DNA of 51,213 bases from Octopus bimaculoides (lineage: Eukaryota), in contig NC_069007.1 in assembly GCF_001194135.2 (NCBI RefSeq), forward strand, positions 3,882,269 through 3,933,481, written 5' to 3'. The notes under the pieces were generated by a model. That model did no database searches. It was not told the DNA's origin and saw only the letters and a program-made list of their open reading frames with translations. The position numbers and the translations under genes are program-made. Of the stretch, positions 12,148 through 24,385 are shown one piece after another. The first letter of the stretch is position 1. Every line of letters starts with the position of its first letter.

Positions 12148-14908
12148 GGGGTGAGCTGGCAGAATCATCAACATGCTGGACAAAATGCTTAGCAGCATTT
12201 CATCAGTCTTTTATGTTCTGAGTTCAAATTCTACCGAGGTCGACTAATACACTATGGCATCAGCCATAGTGTATTAATATCTAGATAATAATAATAATAC
12301 TAACGATAATTTGTAATTTAAGCACCAAGCCATCAATTTTGAGGAGTTGGGTAAGTCAGTTATTTCAATCCCCAAACTTGACTGGAGCATTATTCTATTA
12401 ACCCTGGAAGAACAAAAGGCAAAGTTGACCTCAAGCTTCACTAATAACAACAATACTATTTCCTCCACCAGTTTTTGAAGAAAAATACCCCCAAGCGAAT
12501 TTAGGAAACTTTCTTACCACAAATGTTGAATGGAATTGGTAGAATAAGATACAAATAGAAGTTTGGATGGCAAACTATTCTTGTATTTTCAAATATGAGA
12601 ACTTTGTTCCCGTCTCCCATTGTTTGCGTCTCGTGGCAGAACACTAACAACTTCAGGAATGAATTCAGAGGAAGGGATTCTACAAGGGTTACCAACACAA
12701 CTAGACCTGGAATTAAAAAAACAAAACAAACTCTCATTTAAAGTAATATAAAAAATGACAAATGACGGTAGGGGCAAAATAGAATGAGTCTAAATCAAAG
12801 GAGTGCAACAAGAGAGTACTTGTGGCCCAGTGATGACTACAAGATCAGAGTTTCGATTCCCAGACTGGGTGGTGTGTTGCGTTCTTGAGCAAGACACTTC
12901 ATTCCACATTGCTCCAGTCTACTCAGGTGTAAAATGAGTTGCAGTGATGTCTGGGAAGCTAACACTGAAACAGACTGGCATCCCATTCGGGGGATGAATG
13001 TTGTAATGTCACTCACATACAGACACCATGAAAACCTGGTTAAGCTCTGATCTTATGAGTGTTAGGGCTCATCACAGTGCTGAGCCTTAAGCCTTGGTCA
13101 TAGAACTGTGATACAGGTATAAGAGTCTTAGTCTTAGTCATACAGAGGGCATGTCCCCTTGTGGTTATTCGCAATCATAAGCTTGTGGTTTGAATCCCTG
13201 GACTGGGTGGTATTGTGTTCTTTGTTTAATGTTGCCTCAGTCCACTCAGCTCTAAATGTGTACCAGCAACAGCTGAGAAGTTGACCCAATGATTGACCTT
13301 CGTCCTGTTAAGTGGAGAGTGCTGTTAACTCAGTCACATACACACGATGGGAAACAGGTTGAACTGTGGCCTTATGAGCCCTCGGTTCACATGACAGACA
13401 TCAGATGAAGCCTCAGCCATAGAAATGTCATAGTACATATGACATGTCTTGAGCATCAGGTAAGATCAGAAATGATTTTCTTCCAGAGAAAGACAAGAAT
13501 TCCAAAATACATGGTCGTTTCTTGGTCCTGAGAAAGATGGCTCTGTAATTTCTTGTTGAACAATCTGCACAGAAGAGTTATTTATAAATCAAATACTTGT
13601 GCTGCAAATACTGGTGCTCACTCCCTCAATCAAACTGAGATTGCTTGGACAGATGCACAGTGGGCCACAAATGCACAGTGGGCCACAAATCAGATGTTGA
13701 AGTGGTCAGAGAACAATGTGAAATGAAGTGCAAAGTGGATACGCTATAAAAAACAACAAACCTACAGTATTTAGTTTGAGAAAGACTCTCATAGAGTAGT
13801 GCTAAAAAGCACAGAAGTGCATCAGTAGATGACGAAAAGCATCCAGTAGCAGTAGTGGGATGGCTAATCCGTAATTTCTGTGTCTTTGCACATCATCAGT
13901 AGCAAGTATCCATTACTTACTGTATACTTAAGACAAATTTCACTTCCACTAATATAGAAAATGGCAGTTAACAAATCACTGGTTACAAATATCCAGCAGG
14001 CTACGTGAAAATTTGTTATTAGGAATAGATATAGTATTAGTTCAAAATAACATTCTGTAGATCTTACTTAACATAGATATATTACTGAAAGCTACAAAAC
14101 TGCAGTATTTGTGTTAATCCTTTAGCATTCAGATTACTTTGTCAGATGTGATTCACAATGTTTTGAATTAATCATGCATTATCTTGTAGCCTTGAGATTT
14201 CAGTGATGTGATTGTTTATAATTTTAGAATGACATTGTAGGGTAGGTGCGAGAGACCTGATCTGGTCAGTTTGAATATAAAACAGATAGAACAATTGGGC
14301 TGGATATGGCCAGTTTAAATGCGAAAGGGTTAGGAAAGCTTTTCAATAAAAACATGTAGTGCTAGAAAGCACCAATGTGTATCAGCCGCAGATGAAAATT
14401 GCCCAGCTGGGAGGGTGGAATTGCTAAAACAGGATTTCAGTATCTTTGCACATCATCAATTGCAAATATCTCCCACCAACCACATGAACACAATGCACCA
14501 ACTGCTCTGCGAACTGTACACCCCACTCCCCGCCCCCATGATCTCATGCTTGTGAGGGTAACCCTCTAACCATTATACAACACACCCTAACCTCTTCAAT
14601 AATACCAACCGTATGTTAGTGCATTCCGTATCTTCTGCTCCAGTTTCGGGTCATCAGCTTCTAGCAACAAAAAACTTTCTTGGGGTGGCACAATTTCTGA
14701 AGGTATCGTTTCAAGGGATACCGAAGGGGTAATGCGTGAAGAGGATCGCGGAACCCGTTTCTTGGAGGAGCCAGTCCTGAAGATGCAAATTAGCAAAACA
14801 GACAGGTTTAATTTCTTTATGAACATCAAAATATATACATATATATTCATACATATTATTTGTATTATTATATGATCGAACGCACGCGTCATCCTTGCAA
14901 GTAAGTTT

Positions 14909-14946
<38 letters not shown>

Positions 14947-16939
14947 AACATACATATATACATATATAGAAATACATAAATCTGGAGGAGAAGCACACTC
15001 TAAGATGTAGAGCAGTTACTATTATAATGACTTACCACACAGTCATGCTTGCCCCAGCATGGCTGCTGTCCAATGACTGAAACAAGTAAAAGAAAGAAGC
15101 TATACTAAATTCACACACACACAGATATGAAAGGGGTACATGCCTGCTTCTTATACTTGTCGTGCTTGGACTTGGTGACACTGTTCGGCTTGAGGGCTTA
15201 CTCAAGGGACCTGTGGAGCAGAATTTCAAGTAAAATTTTAACTCAATATAGGTACAAGTATGTTGTGTCTAGGAACAGTCGTCGTCGTCGCTGCCTTAAC
15301 CACTGGGCCATTGCGCTTCCACATATATTTATGTATATAAGTATATAAGTATTTATATATTTAAGTATATCAAATGATGATGATGATGATATGTATGTAT
15401 GTATATAAGAGTGGAGGCGCAATGGCCCAGTGGTTAGGGCAGTGGACTCGCAGTCGTGGGATCACAGTTTCGATTCCCAGACCAGGCGTTGTGAGTATTT
15501 ATTGAGCGAAAACACCTAAAGCTCCGCGAGGCTCCGGCAGGGGATAGTGGTGAACCCTGCTGTACTCTTTCACCACAACTTTCTCTCACTCTTACTGCCT
15601 GTTTCTGTTGTGCCTGTATTTCAAAGGGCCAACCCTGTCACACTCTAATTCACGCTGAATCTCCCCGAGAGCTATGTTAAGGGTACACATGTCTGTGGAG
15701 TGCTCAGCCACTTGCACGTTAATTTCACGAGCAGGCTGTTCCGTTGATCGGATCAACTGGAACCCTTGTCTTTGTAACCAAAGCAGTGCCAGTGCTATAT
15801 GTGATGTAGCATGGAGTGAGAAGATAGGCTTCTATACAGTTTCTATCTACAACCAATACAGGCTTCAATACAGTTTCTATCTATCAAAATTTCAATCATA
15901 CCACATTCATCAACCTGAGGTTATTGTAATTGACACCAAGCCCAATTGCTGTGCAGTGGGATTGAACCTGAACTCCCATGGTCATGATGTGCACTTCTTA
16001 ACCACACAGCAATACTTAAAAATCTCCAATGCAAATAAAATGTTACTCTTACCAGGCTTTTTGGGTTTAATGATGCGCTTTGGTGCATTTAAATGCAGAT
16101 ATCTCACCCAGGCTTCAGCTTGTCTGTCTGGGTCCACAAGAAGTGGCCAGAAGGTTCGATGGTGCAACAGGTTTGTATTCATCATAATAGCGTTTTGAAT
16201 GGCGCGTGTGTCATTGATGTTCATGTTCATTTTCCAGTCATTGAGTTGCTGGTAATTACTGAGAACGCTCCGCAGACAGAACGCCGACCGAACCAAAAGA
16301 AACGGTTCGTTGTCGCAACGGCTGCTCATTTTGTCATCCATTTCATCGTAATCGGCATCATTTTTCTCATTAATGACATCCTTGCCATAAACGAATTCGT
16401 TGTTCTCTATCATTGGTTCGTACTTTTGTATTGAGAATGTGACATGTTTACGAGATGGCAACGCTTCCGGACTTGTTGGTGGCGATGATGCAGCTGACCA
16501 TGTTGATGGTGAAGCACAGGATGTATTTGGAGGTGAAGGTGACTTTGACAGAGACGATGACTGTTTATTTGATGGTAACGTGTCCACCAACACGTTACGG
16601 TGTTGTGGGTAGAGTGTTTCTGGTGTGGTGTTGTCAAACGAAGGCTGTTGGAAATGCTGTATCCATTCTTCTAGAAGCTTAGACCTTGTCTGGTCATCAA
16701 ATGCTCCAAAGTAACTCACGGATGCTGCTGCAAGCATTCCATCACCAAATGCAGTGCGAAGGTTCATCTTGGATTTGCTAACTTCAGATTGCCACATATG
16801 GTGCTGTTCTGAGATATTCCCCATCAGATGAGAAGCTTCAGCAACTTTTTGCTTTATAACCTATGAAAAATACAGAAGAGTCAAAATAATACCAATTATA
16901 ACATTTATAAGTTCTGAACTTCCATTATATGTGTGTATA

Positions 16940-16977
<38 letters not shown>

Positions 16978-19900
16978 CGTTTTTGGATTTGGTTTGCAAG
17001 ATTTTTTATGTGATTTCGTGTGTTGAAGCATATTCTGTTGTGTCTGGGGAGAGTCCTTTTCTTATTGTGCCTTAAAATTTAACACACTCACCGGTAAAAG
17101 ACTATTGAAAAGGTTACAAGACGCAACGTAAATTTTAGGCAAATAAAAATAAGAAATAAGTGGAAATTTTAACAGTGAGTGTGTTAAATTTTAAGGCACG
17201 ATAAGAAAATGACTCTCCCTAGTCACANNNNNNNNNNNNNNNNNNNNNNNNNNNNNNNNNNNNNNNNNNNNNNNNNNNNNNNNNNNNNNNNNNNNNNNNN
17301 NNNNNNNNNNNNNNNNNATATATATATATATATACAATTAAACCTTGGCAGAAGCATTATGCCAGTAATAAACACACGCACTGGTTCAGTCCTTTATTAA
17401 TTTATAAACAGTATCTAGTTTTTTTTTGTTAAATCATTTCATTGCACTCTTGCAATCTCTTCAGTAACTTGTCTCTCCACTTCCATTTATTTTGAATGTA
17501 TGATTCAGCGTTGTTTTGAAATTGTTCCGTATAAGCATGTGAGTGTGTGCAAACTTATATGTGTGCACGCTCATATGTGTGCACGCACTTATGTGTTCGT
17601 GTTTATAGGTATGTGCGTCCATATGTGTGTTTGTTAAATTTCATTCATATCAGTTAAGATAGAGACTTTGGACTTGGTTTTGGTTTCCGTTCTGTTAAAT
17701 AACAGAAAATAACAATCCGCTTCCCAAAAAATATATTACTGCTCTAATGTTCTAGAATGTGCTTTTTTTCCGGTTATATGTATGATGGGTTTCTTTCGGT
17801 TTCCTTCTTTCAAATCCACTTACAAGGCTTTGGTTAAACCTGGGGCTATAGTGGAACATATTTGCATAAAGCGTTGCATAGTCGGACTAAATCTGAGACT
17901 TTATGGTTGGCAGGCAAGCTTCATAAGCACAGAGTCACAACTGTGCATGAAGGGAAAAATGAAAAAAAAAAAAATGAAAATAAATACATTAAAAAACAAG
18001 CAAGAAAAATTATGAGACGGAATTTTATGAACCTGAATTTCACCGTCGAGTTCTTTGGCCTTTTTCATCACAGCTCGATAAGCCTGTAAGTCTTCCTTCA
18101 GCTGACTTTTGTCGAGCGCCGATATTTTATGTAACTCTCCCATACGTTCTTGAATCTTGATTGGAAAGAAAAATTAAATAAGTAACAAAGCTACAAAAAG
18201 AAACAACACCACCACCATCACCATCGTCATCATCATTATTAGCATCGTTAGTGTGCCGGGCAAAATGCTTAGCAGAATTTTGTCTGTCTTTGCATTCTGA
18301 GATAAAATTCTGCCAAGGTTGACTTTGCTTCTCAATCTTTAGGGGATGATATAATAAGTACCAGTTACATACTGGTCTCAATATAAACTGACTTAGTCCC
18401 TCTCCAGAAAGTGATGGCCTCGTGCCAAAATTTGAACCACCACCACCACCACCACCACCACCACCACCACCAGTCGATTTGCTCGACTAAAGGCAGTGCT
18501 CCAGCATGGCCACAGTCAAATGTATGAAACAAGTAATGAGAGTAACTAAAATCTTTCAATGTGGTTCTTCCGTTTGACTCAAGTCCAAAGGTAGAAACCA
18601 TTGAAATCTTCCTACCTGAATTTGTTTTTCCTTTAACTTTTCCACCATGTCTTTGTAGGGAGCAGACAGTTGCTTGGCCCTACAATAACGATAGATCGCT
18701 TTCAGCCACTCCAGGACAGAGACTGCTGCCAAACTATATTGCATCATGGTTTTGCTGGTGAAACTCGGATTACTTAAGTAACCTTTAAGTCTTGCAAACA
18801 TTTCATCGGTAATTTGGTCTCTTTCGTAGTAAACGAGGTCGTTGATGAAATTGGAGTCAACCAGGAGAACTTGGCCATCTTCCCAACTGGAATAGAAAAT
18901 AAAAAGTAGATTGTACATTATTTACATTTGACAGATATTTGTCCTCAATTTGTTTGTTGTTAACACAACATTTCGGCTGATATACCCTCCAGCCTTCATC
19001 AGGTGTCTTGGGGAAATTTCTCATTTCTAAGGTATTTTTCGATGTTATTATTCATCATCATCATCATCATCATTTAACGTCCGCTTTCCATGCTAGCATG
19101 GGTTGGACGATTTGACTGAGGACTGGTGGACCAGGAGGCGACACCAGGCTCCAATCTGATTTGGCAGAGTTTCTACAGTTGGATGCCCTTCCTAACGCCA
19201 ACCACTCCGAGAGTGTAGTGGGCGTTTTACGTGCCACTGGCACGAGGGCCAGTCAGGCGTTACTGGCAACGGCCACGTTCGAAATGGTGTATTTTACGTA
19301 CCACCTGCACAGGAGCCAGTCCATCGGCACTGGCAACGATCTCGCTTGGATGTCTTACTGGCAAAGGCGTCTTGGAGAAATTTCTCATTCCTATGGTATT
19401 TTTCGATGTTATTATTATTATTATTATTTAGGTCACTGCCTGGAATCAAACTCAGAATCTTGGGGTTGGTAGCCTGTGCTCTTAACCACTATGCCATATG
19501 CCTGAGTTTGACTATCTCGGTCAAAGTCATCGACTGAATGAGCCTCAATAGGATTCAACACCGGTGCTTGATAGCCATCTGAGACCAAATCAAAACTGAT
19601 TTAGACCAGGGAGGTCCACGTCTCACAAAAGCCTTTCATTGACCAGTTCCGTATGGACATGTGATGTCGCTCCAGAAACCATCTGAATGCTTGGTGAGAT
19701 TGAGACCGATGAGGTAAACAAGCTGAATAAACCCAAACCAACTTGACCAGATGACCCCCCCACACCTAATATCAATATATCTAAAGATATTACCTCTACC
19801 CCATGGGACCTGTACCCCATGGGACCCGTACTCCATGGGACCTGTATCCCATGGGACCTCTACCCCATGGAACCTGTACCCCATGGGATACTTCTACCCC

Positions 19901-21855
19901 ATGGGACCTGTACCCCATGGGATACCTCTACCCCATGGGACCTGTTTAACCTGTTTCCAGCTAGGTGAAATGACTTGTTGCCAATGGTCAGTGCATTGTC
20001 TATTGTCAAGGAAATGGCCCAGTGAAACACCTACTTCTGTGGACAGTGGAAGAGCAGACAAACAGCTCTTAATAATTCTTTGATTGGTTCTGGGGGTTGT
20101 CGATAGCTTTTGACTTCCTGCCATGCCTTTTTGTTGATCGATTGCAACGTGGCCACAGCAGCTTGGAAAATAGGATTCAGCTGAGAAAGAAAAAGAAAAA
20201 AGAAGAAGAAGAAGAAAAAGAAGAAACTTTATTAAAGGATTTAAATGGGACGAGAGTAAGAAAATAAAAGATAAGAAGGACCTGGTTCTCCATCAGTCGT
20301 GATGGTGAGTGTTCCATCTGATCCGAGCAATGGAACAGCCTGCTTGTGAAATTAAAGTGCAAGTGGCTGAGTGCTCCATAGACACAAGTACTCTTAATGT
20401 GGTTCTCAGAGATTCAGCATGACACAGAATGCGACAAGATTGGTCCTTAGTATATATATATATATATATGCATGCATGTGTATGTGTCTGTTTGTCCACC
20501 TGTTACCACTTGACAACCAGTATTGGTTTGTTTACATCCTTGTAACTTAACAGTTTGGCAAAAGAGACCGATAGAATAGGTGCCAGACTTTAAAAAGAAT
20601 AAGTCCTGGGGTCAATTTGTTCAACTAAAACCCTTCAATGTGGTGTGCTCCAGCATGGCTGCAGTCTTATGACTGGAACAAGTAAAAGATGAAATTAAAA
20701 TAAAAGATTCTATCATTTTATTATCAGGTTCAGCCAGAGGCTATGGCCATGCTGGGGCACTGCCATTAAAAAAAAAATTATGCAGGTGTGGCTGTGTGGT
20801 AAGTAGCTTGCTTACCAACCACATGGTTCCAGGTTCAATCCCACTGCATGGAACCTTGGGTAAGTGTCTGCTACTATAGTCTCGGGCTGACCAAAGCCTT
20901 GCGAGTGGATTTGGTAGACGGAAACTGAAAGAAGCCCATCATATATATATATACATGTGTGTGTGTCAGTGTTTGTCCCCCTGTCATCACTTGACAACCG
21001 ATGTTGGTGTGTTCAGCAAAAGAGAACGACAGAATAAGAACTAGGCTTAGAAAGAATAAGTCCTGGGGTCAATTTGTTCGACTAAAGGCGGTGCTCCAGC
21101 ATGGCCGCAGTCAAATGACTGAAACATATAAAAGAATAAAAGAGAAATATTTTAGCCTTGCTAGAGTGTAATTTCAATGTAAAGACTTCTGGGTCATGGG
21201 CCCAACAGGCTTCTATTGCACCATTCTCATTAAAGAAGAAGCAAAAAAAAATGTCTGATTCCTTACACCAGCAAACATTGTGTCAATTATTCTGTTTATT
21301 TCAATGATTTCTTTGTCAATATCAACCAGAGTATTTCGACAATCTTTCATTTCTGAATTCACCTGGAATAGAAATTGGAAGAATTCAAGCAAATTCTGAA
21401 GCAAAGTTCACAGTTGCACACACACACACACACACACACACATGCCTAACCATCCACCCCACATGCACACCCATAAAACCCTTACACACACACTCTACCC
21501 ATATCTTTAGCATACTCTCCACAGACACCGCCAACATGCGTGCATCCACCCATGTACACCCATCCAATCCCCCTACCCTACACATCAGTCCAACCGTCCC
21601 AGTCACGCCCACCCCCTACAAAACACATACTTACATCTGCGTACAACTGCCTCAGCTGCTTAATGTCGCTTGCCAGAAGTTTGACGTGCTCCATTTGTTT
21701 GTCATACTGCGGTACCAAGCTGTTGAGAACCATTTTGAAGCTGTCAATGCGACCATATGCCTCATTTACTTTGCCAACAGCACCTCCATAGTTCAACAAT
21801 TTTTTCTGGTAACAACAGGCCAATGGAAACAAAACAATATTAGTTAATTAAAGAG

Positions 21856-21902
<47 letters not shown>

Positions 21903-23532
21903 AAACTACCTATCGCCATTAGATACAAAACTGCTATCGCCATTCTTCTCATTTAAATATAAACAAGCGCGGGCGTAGCGGAAAACACCAACCTTGTCAT
22001 CACGTGACTGATCATTATTCGAATCGGCAACTTCTTCGAACCGTTCCCGCCAGAACGCAAACTGACCAATCACAGCCCTTAACAAGGTCACATGATAGAG
22101 TATTTTTCTGATGTCTGGTGAGCCGATAATTCGCTATAAATAGACCGACATTATACCCAGCAAATTGGTCTCGGTTCAGTTTCTCTTTGAGATCTGTTCC
22201 GTGTACCACACGACAGCAGCAGCAGTGGCAGCCAGCGACACATCAACAGCTTCATCCAACGATGACCACCAACAATGCCGCCACATCAGCAACACGAGTC
22301 TACGACTACTAACCAGCATCATCGTCATGACCAACACGATTCTACGATTACTACTAACCAGCATCAATCTCCACCACCGTCTACACAACTTTCTATGTAC
22401 ACCAAACTAAACCACTGTGGCACATCTCTCTCTTCGATTCTGTTAGGTGACTTAGCTTCACCACGATAAATAAACAGACAAGAAATTTCAGCCAGCGACG
22501 AACATCTGTATAACAAAGAATCTGCCCTGGCATCGAAGCCAAAACACAACTAGTGATAAGCTCTGCCAAACATACGCCTCACTTCTTTCACATACAGACT
22601 CATACTAATGTGTACTCTAATAACTGGTATAAATGCTCTCTTTCTATCTGCTGTAATATCTCACATACACATACATGTATCACTCACATACACACTTCTC
22701 TTTGTACGATGGCCTGTCTTTGATTATGTTCTTATATGTCGCATTCACACTCTCACACAGACATACACTTTAATGCCACAATAAATATTTCTGTTATTCA
22801 TTTTATACGGTTGTGTTTATCATTTTCTATCGTCTCATTACTGGCTATTTATGTTATCGTAGTATAACATATTTGTATATCATCATTGATATATATTTTG
22901 TGTTCGACCGTTTGACACGTTTTAAATAAAAGGAGTCCTCTGTTTTTCCATTCGTCACCATTTCNNNNNNNNNNNNNNNNNNNNNNNNNNNNNNNNNNNN
23001 NNNNNNNNNNNNNNNNNNNNNNNNNNNNNNNNNNNNNNNNNNNNNNNNNNNNNNNNNNNNNNNNNNNNNNNNNNNNNNNNNNNNNNNNNNNNNNNNNNNN
23101 NNNNNNNNNNNNNNNNNNNNNNNNNNNNNNNNNNNNNNNNNNNNNNNNNNNNNNNNNNNNNNNNNNNNNNNNNNNNNNNNNNNNNNNNNNNNNNNNNNNN
23201 NNNNNNNNNNNNNNNNNNNNNNNNNNNNNNNNTCACATATAGAATAATTAATAATTAAAAGCACAATAAATGAGTATAATACAAAGTAAATATCATAATT
23301 ATTATCTTTATCTTATGATATTTACTTTGTATTATATTATACTCATTTATTGTGCTTTTAATTATTCATTTTTCTATATGTGACAGTGGATTTCCATCGA
23401 TGAGTTCATGAACCTTGGTTCTTTTCCCTAAAACTATATATATTTTAATCTGTAAACTCAATTTAATTTTAATTTTTTATAAATTGATTTTAATTGAGTT
23501 TTTACCTGTAATTTTTGGATTTTGTCCCTAAT

Positions 23533-23564
<32 letters not shown>

Positions 23565-24343
23565 TATATATTTCAGTAACGTGAAACAATTTGTGGAGAA
23601 TTTTGCAGCTTTAATAAAAGCATATTGCTCTACCTTTGGTATTCGAGTACTATTTTTATCCACCTTGTTTTGCATTTATGTGCTTACTCATATATCTATT
23701 TATCTATCTATCTATATGTATATATATATAGTCAAATCAAACAAACAAACAATAACATTATTTACATTCGACGGATATTTGTCCTTGTCTTGTTTGTTGT
23801 TAACACAACGTTTCGGCTGATATACCCTCCAGCCTTCATCAGGTGTCTTGAGGAAATTTTGAACCTGGCTTCTCATTCCTTTGATATTCTTTTTCAATGT
23901 TATTATTATTATTGTTAAGGTCACTGCTTGGACTCAAACTTGGAATCTTGGGGTTAGTAGCCTGCGCTCTTAACTACTGGGCCATATGCCCATGGGCAAT
24001 TATGGAGTGAATTTTAGGGCTTATAAATCTAATATTCTCCTATCCTTCCTTAATACCGGTTCCCATATGCTGTTCATATCTGCACTCGGTCTGCTTAGGA
24101 GGTTGTTGTGTCCTAGCATATGTGCTGCTTCTTTTAGTTTTCATATTTTCCAGTGGTGTTCTCTGTCTATTATTTTAACTTCATCCCACAGGGAGAGGCG
24201 GTCTCCATTTTTACATACATGATCAGCTATACCCGATTTATCAATATCTCCCCATGTCACAGCTTTGCGATGTTCCCTTATTTTGAAGGGGTGGCGTATT
24301 TCACCTTTGTATAACCTACCACAGCTGAATGGGATGAAGTACA

Positions 24344-24385
<42 letters not shown>

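Larger units (their letters stand above)
18920..19502 (-). mobile_element. tRNA-head/hammerhead element copy 1, interrupted by an RTE-derived insertion
   Basis: Perfect A box tggcatagtgg at the head; same tail as copy 2; split by 19053-19368. Confidence 0.75.

Noticed and set aside
14630-14665. CUGAUGA...GAAAC inside exon 28 (similar cores in exons at 8490, 24899, 30108)
   Set aside because: No stem II or stem III; explained by codons (e.g. ADDPKL).
15411-15490. tRNA gene (also other tRNA-like heads)
   Set aside because: A/B boxes continue into multi-copy SINE bodies, with no complete cloverleaf or discrete terminator.
19636-19884. ORF resembling a stalk exon
   Set aside because: Exons 23 and 24 join in phase with canonical continuity; this ORF is minisatellite plus LINE debris.
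19797-19944. CRISPR-like array of palindromic repeats
   Set aside because: No unique spacers, units abut directly, eukaryotic intron; it is a minisatellite.
23575-23660. Plus-strand exon-like stretch (ag...NVKQFVENFAALIKAYCSTFG...gt) as part of a nested gene
   Set aside because: No linked exons or recognisable protein; the reverse strand looks more like a decayed mariner 5' end.
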